A DNA stretch of 10,429 bases from Chlamydiota bacterium (GTDB lineage: Bacteria > Auribacterota > JACPWU01): assembly GCA_016196885.1 (NCBI GenBank), contig JACPWU010000014.1, positions 1-10,429 of the forward strand, written 5' to 3'. Numbering within the stretch: position 1 is the first letter of the stretch; each line of letters begins with the position of its first letter. The position numbers and the translations under genes were made by a program. Positions 5,647-10,429 of the stretch are shown in pieces. The notes below the pieces were generated by a model that was given only the letters and a program-made list of their open reading frames with translations, was not told the DNA's origin and made no database searches.

Positions 5647-8357
5647 TTTGTGCTCAAGGTTAAAATTCTATGAGTTTGTCCCGCAGGGACTATCCCTTCG
5701 GGGACTATAAGATCTTGTCCCGTGGGGACTATAAGATCTTGTCCCGTGGGGACTATAAGATCTTGTAAAATTTTGTAGCGGATTAAACTCCCCTGCCTTC
5801 CACCTAAAGCAATCACATATTCCAAATCCACCAGTTCCTTAAGATAAGTCCTAACCTGATAGTCTGTCCAAAGAAGCGTTTCCCTGATTTCACGTCTCGT
5901 GAAGATGATTTTTCCCGCGGGTCTTCCCTCTAATATTTTCGCCTCTTTCATTTTTTCAAGATGATGGAGCAGTGTCTCTCCTGGCTCGGAGAGTTCTTGT
6001 AGATTCTGTGATAGAAGTTTCTCGGCTAGACGATTGGCAAGTGCGATGTCACTCTTTTCAGTTTCAATCACTTTGATGATCTTTCCATTGTGTTCTATTT
6101 CTTTCACGGGCCGTTGGAACTGATGAATGAAGGTGATGGCCTTCACGACAGAAAGATATTTTGGATGGTCACGCCTCGCCATTAAGGCCTTCATCGACCA
6201 AGAGAGTTCTATCTCTTTTGGGATAACGACTTCTATCGCTTGAAGAAGTCTTTGAAAGTTTTGATGGGCTTTTACAATTTCACTTTGCTCTAGCTTCTTC
6301 AATAATCCCTCCAGGCTTTCACTTTCTCTTTGGAGAGCTAATATCTTTTCTGTTTGTTCTCTCGTTTCATCCATGCTGACTGTCAGAAAGCGACTTTTTG
6401 TCTCTTGATCTTGCTTGGGCTGTGTCGTGCTTTTCATCACCGCTGTGGGGCCTAGTACTTCATTGGTCATTGTGGTCATTTTTCCTGTGTGTGGGTCCCG
6501 GATGGTGGATTCTATGACGATTTTTTTGGAGCTGATGAGACTGCGTATGGGGTAGCTTGCATCTTCTGCCCCTGTTTCTTCTTCTATCGCCAAGACTTTA
6601 TGGACCATGCTTAAAGCGTCTTTATAGAAGAGGGCTTGCTTGGTGAGACTGGTGAGCTTGATTAAATCTTCTTCGGGACAGAGTGAAAGTACTTTATCCT
6701 GTAGGATGCTTTTCCCTGCTCCACTGCCAGATAAGATGAGTACGCTTAAGGGGTCGCTCATCTTGCGTGAACTCATAGATAAATAGAGAAGCAGTTTGTT
6801 CGTGTCTTCTCCGACAAGGCCCAGTGTGGAGAGGTCTTGCGTGATTCTTTCGGTGAGCTTGGGATCTTTCGCCAATCTCAATGCTTCTTTTTCTTCTTGT
6901 TCTGTTATTCTGTGGACCATCGACTGTCGACTATGGACTTTCTTTAAGTATTCCTGGCACTCGATAATCAGTTTTTCAATATCTTGCTCAATTAAATCCG
7001 CTTCTACGCTGTAGAAGAGCGCTATCTCTCGCGTAAGGTAGTTCCTCGCTCTGGAGTTGTAGAGGTCTATGGTGTCGATCGTGAAGCGGTGATTACTGAT
7101 CGCCTTGATGTTTGCTTTTAGGTGACGAGCACTATTTTGTTCTATTCCTCTGAGTTCGTAGGTGCGGCTTGTGTACTGGACACAGAAACCATCTTCGATG
7201 AGTCGTCTCTCATCCCTCCTCCATCGTCCGTCGTCCCTCTTGAGACTCACCAAGCGGATTTCTGGATATAAGATTTTCTCCATCTCTTCTTTTGTATGCT
7301 TCTTTAAAAAACTATTGGGGTCTTCACCGTCTGGTAGGTTAGCGATTCTTGTGGGGGTCCCTAATTCTTCAAGTTTTTCTTTTAATCTCAAAGCCCCACT
7401 CTTCCCCGCTTCATCCCCGTCCATCAATAAAATAATCTGTGAGGTGTTGTTTCGCTTAAAGCCCATGAGATGATCTGATGTGAGCCCATTCAATCCATAA
7501 AGGGGAATGGTGTTCTTGAACCCCGCTTGATAAAGTGAGAGTGAGTCGATGATGGATTCTGTGAGGATGATTTCGGGATAAAGTTTTAAGGAGGGACCAT
7601 TGAATAAGCCTCGATGAGGGCCTTTTAAGTATAGATGATTTGCCCCTTGCCCCTGGAGTCTCCTTCCATAGAAGGAGACAACCCGTCCCTCTTCATCTAA
7701 TAACGGAAACACAACGCATCCTTCAAAAAATTCTCGGTTGGCGCTAGTCAGAATGCCTAACCCCCTTAAAGCATCCCCATATTCCCCCTCTTCAGTCACT
7801 GTCTTAAAGATTGTCCCATTCGAGTATCCGATTCTAAAGATTTCGTAAAGCTTGGGGTCGATAAGACCCCTGATTTCTGATAAATAATTCCTCGCCCTTA
7901 AGTCATCATGGAACGTGTGTTGATAGTATTCACAAGTCTTGTCGAGCAACCTTTGATGTAGAACCGTTGGGAGTGTTTTTCTGACTTCTGCCCTAAAGGA
8001 CTGCTCCGCTGTCTTCTGACTTCTGTCTTCTGATTCTTTCAGCCTTCTAATCGCTTCTCCCGTCTCCACCCCTTCCTTCTTCATTACATAATCAATGACA
8101 CTTCCCCCAAGACCACACCCAAAACAGTTCCATAGCCAGATCCCACCCTCGACTTGCTTGACATTGAAGCTGGGGTTTGTTTCCTCATGCAGTGGACACA
8201 GGGCTACCCATCCATTCCCGCTTTTCTTGAAAGAGATTCCAAGGTTGGATAAATATTCAGTGAGGTCTCGTCGCTTTAGCTCTTCAAGATCATTGTGATG
8301 ATCTACAATCTTAATGATTGGATGTGTCCCGTTATGGCGTTTGGCAAGCCCCAACAT
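5619..8357 (-). CDS. Multidomain replication protein (912 aa): CHC2 zinc finger + DnaG-type primase/Toprim + P-loop NTPase (helicase-like) + C-terminal winged-helix
   Basis: Zinc finger CPLHEETNPSF...NCFGCGLGG (C54, H57, C78, C81). DnaG core motifs RNYLSEIRGL..FRIGYS and FEGCVVFPLLDEEGRVVSFYGRRL. Toprim motifs IILTESIIDS (E267) and LLMDGDEAG (D313/D315). Walker A LSGSGAGKS (543-550), Walker B-like VLAIEEE (588-594), then a KSTT / SRFLTV pattern resembling SF3/P4-alpha-type helicases. A wHTH-like segment REIRETLLWTDYQVRTYLKELVDLEYVIALGG lies near the C-terminus. The ATG at 8357 is preceded by AAGGGGGA. Confidence 0.85.
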   Translation of the reverse strand: MLGLAKRHNGTHPIIKIVDHHNDLEELKRRDLTEYLSNLGISFKKSGNGWVALCPLHEETNPSFNVKQVEGGIWLWNCFGCGLGGSVIDYVMKKEGVETGEAIRRLKESEDRSQKTAEQSFRAEVRKTLPTVLHQRLLDKTCEYYQHTFHDDLRARNYLSEIRGLIDPKLYEIFRIGYSNGTIFKTVTEEGEYGDALRGLGILTSANREFFEGCVVFPLLDEEGRVVSFYGRRLQGQGANHLYLKGPHRGLFNGPSLKLYPEIILTESIIDSLSLYQAGFKNTIPLYGLNGLTSDHLMGFKRNNTSQIILLMDGDEAGKSGALRLKEKLEELGTPTRIANLPDGEDPNSFLKKHTKEEMEKILYPEIRLVSLKRDDGRWRRDERRLIEDGFCVQYTSRTYELRGIEQNSARHLKANIKAISNHRFTIDTIDLYNSRARNYLTREIALFYSVEADLIEQDIEKLIIECQEYLKKVHSRQSMVHRITEQEEKEALRLAKDPKLTERITQDLSTLGLVGEDTNKLLLYLSMSSRKMSDPLSVLILSGSGAGKSILQDKVLSLCPEEDLIKLTSLTKQALFYKDALSMVHKVLAIEEETGAEDASYPIRSLISSKKIVIESTIRDPHTGKMTTMTNEVLGPTAVMKSTTQPKQDQETKSRFLTVSMDETREQTEKILALQRESESLEGLLKKLEQSEIVKAHQNFQRLLQAIEVVIPKEIELSWSMKALMARRDHPKYLSVVKAITFIHQFQRPVKEIEHNGKIIKVIETEKSDIALANRLAEKLLSQNLQELSEPGETLLHHLEKMKEAKILEGRPAGKIIFTRREIRETLLWTDYQVRTYLKELVDLEYVIALGGRQGSLIRYKILQDLIVPTGQDLIVPTGQDLIVPEGIVPAGQTHRILTLSTKFVKPRETS
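5678..5766. repeat. About 3.5 tandem copies of a 24-bp unit GGGGACTATAAGATCTTGTCCCGT (candidate iterons), embedded in frame in the 3' end of the replication gene
   Basis: Perfect copies at 5700-5723 and 5724-5747, a 19-bp partial copy at 5748-5766, and a degenerate copy at 5678-5699. Each unit carries an internal inverted repeat GGGAC...GTCCC around the palindrome AAGATCTT, which contains GATC. The repeats translate as QDLIVPTG repeats in the C-terminal tail of the 912-aa protein. Confidence 0.85.
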
Positions 8358-8643
8358 ATTGTCCCCCTTTTCTTAGTCTTAGTCCGTTTTGTGGTGAGTC
8401 TGTCTTTTCCCTGATGAGTGCGTACATCCTGTCCCTCAGTTCACTCATCGCTACCTTCAATTGATAAACATTGGCCTGGGCCTTGCCATGTTTATACTCC
8501 TCCTTCAACCCTTCAATGGATGTCCCTTCAAATTCAAACACCACCGTTCTCTTCCCATTGGCCTCCATCCAAAGGTTCACGAGTGTCATCCCCCTGGATA
8601 AAAGCCACGCTCCTTCATATAAATCATTCGTGAGTAGTCTCAT
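8332..8643 (-). CDS. DUF5659-like small protein (103 aa)
   Basis: The pattern TNDLYEGAWLLSRGMTLVNL....GKRTVVFEFEG....LKEEY...AQANVYQLKVAMSELRDRMY matches my recollection of the DUF5659 family, common in phages and mobile elements (t-DLylAayL..G..l......k..F.F......l...f....vd...f......lk). AAAGGA lies upstream of the ATG. The 3' end overlaps the primase start by 26 nt. Confidence 0.5.
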   Translation of the reverse strand: MRLLTNDLYEGAWLLSRGMTLVNLWMEANGKRTVVFEFEGTSIEGLKEEYKHGKAQANVYQLKVAMSELRDRMYALIREKTDSPQNGLRLRKGGQYVGACQTP

Positions 8644-8794
8644 CAGGGATTCCTTTCTTAAGCTCTTGGATTAATTCTTTAATCTGGTCCTGCGCTTTTC
8701 GACAATTTGACCCCGCCTGACTCACTGTCTCCAATACCGCCACGGGTAGCGTTAGTTTATTGGCAATCATGTGTAGGATTTCGGATTTGTTCAT
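8624..8794 (-). CDS. Small ORF (56 aa), first gene of the leftward operon; possible Cro/Xis-like or HU N-terminal-like protein
   Basis: Found by hand because it is below the track cutoff: ATG at 8794..8792 and TGA at 8626..8624. A strong Shine-Dalgarno GAAAGGAGCC lies directly upstream. Product: MNKSEILHMIANKLTLPVAVLETVSQAGSNCRKAQDQIKELIQELKKGIPDETTHE. It is divergent from the XRE gene and overlaps the next ORF's start by 20 nt. Confidence 0.45.
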   Translation of the reverse strand: MNKSEILHMIANKLTLPVAVLETVSQAGSNCRKAQDQIKELIQELKKGIPDETTHE

Positions 8795-8841
8795 GGCTCC
8801 TTTCGACGGTTTTTAAAAAGTGTGTCAATAGCAAAAAGGCC

Positions 8842-8914
8842 GCTACATTTTTATGTTTATATGCTACATTTGGCGTAGCTATTCGTCAAGGGATTTCTAT
8901 ATGATTGTTATAAT
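8842..8914. promoter_or_regulatory. Divergent promoter/operator region between the XRE gene and the leftward replication operon
   Basis: Direct repeats GCTACATTT at 8842-8850 and 8863-8871, 21 bp apart. The second forms the inverted repeat GCTAC-ATTTGGC-GTAGC (8863-8879). Leftward promoter candidate: TTGACG (8889..8884), 17 nt, TAGCAT (8866..8861), with its -10 overlapped by the repeat. Rightward extended -10 TGTTATAAT at 8906-8914 lies 7 nt before the ATG at 8922. Confidence 0.4.
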
Positions 8915-8921
8915 TCTTTGC

Positions 8922-9335
8922 ATGAGACACATGACATCAACGATAAAAGATTTCGGAAAACGATTGGCAGAGATCCGTAAAGCTAGGGGACTTAGTCAGA
9001 GAGACCTCGCTCGGGAGTTGGGGATTTCCAATCGAATGGTTGCATACTATGAGGCTCAAACCCAATACGTTCCCTCCAATCTCTTAATCCCTTTGACAAA
9101 AATTCTAAAAATTCCTGTGGAAGAACTTTTAGGAGTTAAGAACTTTAAGGAATATATTAATCCCCAGGCAAAGAGCCTCTGGAAAAAATTAAGAAAGGCA
9201 GAGCTCCTTCCAAAAAAAGATCAAAAAGCCTTGTTGGATCATTTGGAAGCTCTTCTCCAAAGAGTCCCTCAATCTGAACCCTCCAAAATCCCGTCTCTTC
9301 ATAAAGCAGCTCAACAAAAAATAAAGGTTGGATAA
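8922..9335 (+). CDS. XRE-family helix-turn-helix transcriptional regulator (about 137 aa; the start could instead be 8931)
   Basis: Canonical HTH_3 motif IKDFGKRLAEIRKARGLSQRDLARELGISNRMVAYYEAQTQYVPSNLLIPLTKILKIPVEELLG. The track start at 8853 adds an implausible hydrophobic or aromatic leader (MFICYIWRSYSS...) that overlaps the promoter/operator region. I prefer ATG 8922 or 8931. Confidence 0.8.
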   Translation: MRHMTSTIKDFGKRLAEIRKARGLSQRDLARELGISNRMVAYYEAQTQYVPSNLLIPLTKILKIPVEELLGVKNFKEYINPQAKSLWKKLRKAELLPKKDQKALLDHLEALLQRVPQSEPSKIPSLHKAAQQKIKVG

Positions 9336-9577
9336 TAATAAGCAGGAATCACCCGTCCCAAAATAATCTCCGCAATATTTCCCCAATCACATCCGCTCGC
9401 CACTTTTTTTCTGCCCCCGCAAAATCCCCTCTTAGCCCAGGGTCTGTGATCCAGTCCATGCCATTGAGCTTTTAGCACCTGCCCTATCACTTGTAATGTT
9501 TTATAAAGTTTATAAGGTCTTATTTTATCGGGTGCGATGATGGCCTGGCCTAAAGCTCCGCAACGTCAAGCCCACAA

Positions 9578-9605
9578 GGGGCGCATAATGCGCATTATGC
9601 GACAT
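9578..9605. other. dif-like 28-bp site with XerC-type arms on both sides (C/C palindrome)
   Basis: GGGGCGCATAA-TGCGCA-TTATGCGACAT compared with E. coli dif GGTGCGCATAA-TGTATA-TTATGTTAAAT. The left arm matches 10 of 11, the spacer 3 of 6, and the right arm 8 of 11. The right arm is better described as an inverted copy of the left arm (CGCATAA / TTATGCG). Confidence 0.45.
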
Positions 9606-9626
9606 TGCGGGGCCAGGCCATGCTGC

Positions 9627-9654
9627 CTTTAACATAACTGAGGTTATGTTAAAC
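9627..9654. other. dif-like 28-bp site with XerD-type arms on both sides (D/D palindrome)
   Basis: CTTTAACATAA-CTGAGG-TTATGTTAAAC. The right arm matches the dif XerD half-site TTATGTTAAAT at 10 of 11 positions. The left arm is its inverted copy. The spacer is 6 bp. Confidence 0.45.
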
Positions 9655-10148
9655 TCTGACTGAGGTCAGAGTACGTCAGCTCTCCGATGTCGCATCGGAG
9701 ACATCGCACCCGGGCGAAGCCCTCTTTCCTCTTTTGCTCGACATAGCCCAAGACTCATCCCACGCCCGTGGCTCGCTTGATTTTCTCTGCTAAGAGATTT
9801 CGCTCGTTCAGTTTTAAATGCTCCGCTTTCAGTGACTCGCGACTCTAAAAAAATTCATTGGGCAACTCCAGGTAAAAAAAATTTTGGATTCGATGTGAAA
9901 GGGGTTTTTAGGAGTTAGATTTTTTCAAGATCATATTTTGTGATTTTAAATCAGATGTGTTTTTGAACAGGCGAGTCACTAACTTCACTTGTCCTAAAAA
10001 CTTTTCCGAGACAAAACTTTTAGCAAACCCTTTTGCTTTTCGTGCTTTTCCCCCGCGTGCACTCCGAGGCTTCTTTCGGAGTGTCGGCCACGTCGCTCTC
10101 TCGCTGCCACTGGCTTTGCCCTCTTCTCTCGCCTCCCCTAATCTCCTT

Positions 10149-10289
10149 TCCTTCCCCCTTCTTAATCCTATTCCTTACCACTCTCATTTTTGGGAAGTTC
10201 GAGAAGGGGCCCAAAAATGAGAGTGCACTAGGGGTGTAGAGGATAGGATGGGGGTAGGCCGATCGCAGTGAGGCCGCAAGGGGGAAGGA
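10149..10289. repeat. Long composite inverted repeat: pyrimidine-rich left arm, purine-rich right arm
   Basis: A perfect 16-bp inverted repeat, CACTCTCATTTTTGGG (10179-10194) / CCCAAAAATGAGAGTG (10210-10225), with a 15-nt loop. It is enclosed by a perfect 12-bp inverted repeat, TCCTTCCCCCTT (10149-10160) / AAGGGGGAAGGA (10278-10289). Additional imperfect pairing is possible, for example CCTATTCCTT (10167-10176) with AGAGGATAGG (10238-10247). Confidence 0.7.
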
Positions 10290-10429
10290 TCGAGGTAGGA
10301 CGGCCAGTTGCCCAGCCGCCCCCTCACAGATCCCGACGTGCGAAATTATCGCATCGGGCTCTTCAGAGATACTCGCCTACGCATTTAGGCCAGTTGTCAG
10401 AGCGTGTAGATGGCTTGTGGTTTTGTCCG
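10289..10429 (-). mobile_element. Probable 3'-terminal part of a group II intron (end of domain IV, domain V, domain VI). The intron body and reverse-transcriptase ORF would lie beyond the right edge.
   Basis: Minus strand 10361..10329 reads GAGCCCGATGCGATAATTTCGCACGTCGGGATC. It aligns with the classical domain V, for example yeast ai5-gamma GAGCCGUAUGCGAUGAAAGUCGCACGUACGGUUC. Shared features are the AGC triad, a 9-bp lower helix with compensatory changes, a 2-nt AC bulge on the 3' strand, and a 4-bp upper helix. It is followed by a domain VI-like hairpin, GAGGGGGCGGC (10325..10315) / GCCGTCCTACCTC (10304..10292), with a bulged A at 10296. That A lies 7 nt before a terminal ...GAT, so the intron would end in AY at about 10289. 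Caveats: the G of the triad faces A rather than U, and the loop is UAAUU rather than GNRA. Confidence 0.5.

Larger units (their letters stand above)
9529..9712. repeat. Cluster of nested perfect inverted repeats: a closed multi-branch fold possible on either strand
   Basis: All stems are Watson-Crick with no mismatch and no G-T pair:
- P1: 9529-9539 / 9702-9712 (11 bp)
- P2: 9540-9550 / 9611-9621 (11 bp)
- 9558-9563 / 9605-9610 (6 bp)
- 20-nt perfect palindrome at 9582-9601
- GCTG 9622-9625 / CAGC 9677-9680
- hairpin 9628-9638 / 9643-9653 (11 bp, loop TGAG)
- hairpin 9654-9660 / 9665-9671 (7 bp, loop TGAG)
- hairpin 9681-9689 / 9693-9701 (9 bp, loop TCG)
The cluster is preceded by the AT-rich tandem TTATAAAGT/TTATAAGGT (9501-9518). 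It is followed by GGGC-GAA-GCCC and a T-rich tract. Confidence 0.8.

Noticed and set aside
5678-5766. CRISPR array interpretation of the 24-bp repeats
   Set aside because: The repeats are directly abutting with no spacers. They lie inside a coding frame, and no cas genes are present.
3080-8674. Short track ORFs overlapping the toxin-antitoxin, recombinase, primase and DUF5659-like genes (for example 3080..3292, 3285..3494, 3799..3996, 3829..4014, 4375..4575, 4968..5228, 6796..7014, 7162..7473, 8095..8298, 8418..8633, 8471..8674)
   Set aside because: Each is fully embedded in a longer gene with clear family motifs, either antisense or out of frame. They have Ser/Pro/Cys/Phe-rich shadow-like composition and no ribosome-binding site that I could see.
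8707-8921. ORF 8707..8904 (+) and the long 8853 start of the XRE ORF
   Set aside because: ORF 8707..8904 is antisense to the small Shine-Dalgarno-preceded ORF and crosses the promoter/operator region. The 23 extra N-terminal residues from 8853 (MFICYIWRSYSSRDFYMIVIILC) are not part of any XRE fold and overlap the extended -10 box.
9189-9386. 65-aa minus-strand ORF overlapping the 3' end of the XRE gene
   Set aside because: It is antisense to a well-supported gene. It has an odd composition (Cys/Phe/Leu rich) and no ribosome-binding site.
9529-9712. Retron msr-msd interpretation of the closed multi-hairpin structure (terminal inverted repeats resembling a1/a2)
   Set aside because: No reverse-transcriptase ORF lies immediately downstream on either strand. 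The only reverse transcriptase inferred nearby would belong to the group II intron more than 700 bp away, with its own RNA domains. Retron stems usually tolerate mismatches and G-U pairs, whereas every stem here is perfect on both strands.
9870-9905. tRNA or tmRNA gene as an integration target (TGGATTCGA resembles the tmRNA 5' tRNA-like segment; ATCGAATCC on the minus strand resembles a T-loop)
   Set aside because: There is no GGGG acceptor 5' end, no complementary acceptor or T-stem pairing, and no CCA-proximal 3' partner nearby. The resemblance is limited to a 9-mer.
9831-9980. 10-bp inverted repeat AGTGACTCGC / GCGAGTCACT flanking a 130-bp AT-rich segment, tempting as a recombinase-driven invertible promoter switch
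   Set aside because: A single 10-bp inverted repeat at this spacing is expected roughly once by chance in a 10-kb window. I found no convincing outward-facing promoter or downstream gene. It is worth revisiting only if read pairs show both orientations.
9957-10239. Three overlapping ORFs (9957..10220 +, 10020..10214 -, 10033..10239 +)
   Set aside because: All read through the pyrimidine/purine inverted repeat, which gives Pro/Leu/Ser-rich or Arg/Gly/Lys-rich low-complexity products. They are mutually exclusive and have no start context. The DNA or RNA structure explains the region better.
9690-10357. Shared 9-mer TCGCATCGG at 9690-9698 and 10349-10357, considered as possible att core direct repeats
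   Set aside because: Many 9-mer coincidences are expected in a window of this size. Both copies are already explained as parts of local hairpins.

Overview
Most of the window is one long minus-strand gene array that reads like the maintenance backbone of a plasmid, integrated plasmid or satellite-like mobile element. In transcription order (right to left):
- an XRE-family repressor on the + strand, divergent from the rest
- a 56-aa ORF
- a DUF5659-like ORF
- a 912-aa replication protein (CHC2 zinc finger, DnaG/Toprim primase, P-loop NTPase, winged helix)
- iteron-like repeats
- two tandem paralogous XerC/XerD-family tyrosine recombinases
- a RelE/ParE toxin-antitoxin pair
- a secreted YD-repeat protein of at least 1016 codons. 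It runs off the left edge and is missing from the supplied ORF track.

The right-hand 1.1 kb (9336-10429) has no credible ORF but is dense in structure:
- A 184-bp cluster of nested inverted repeats with no mismatches (9529-9712). It contains two palindromic sites whose arms closely match the XerC-type and XerD-type half-sites of bacterial dif.
- A long hairpin with a pyrimidine-rich arm and a purine-rich arm (10149-10289).
- A G+C-richer segment at the extreme right that folds, on the minus strand, like domains V and VI of a group II intron. The rest of that intron would lie beyond the window.

The most interesting hypothesis is a self-contained Xer-like recombination module: a tandem recombinase pair plus an unusual split C/C and D/D palindromic site cluster, carried on a replicon with its own primase-helicase. 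All functional calls come from motif recognition by eye. No database search was run.
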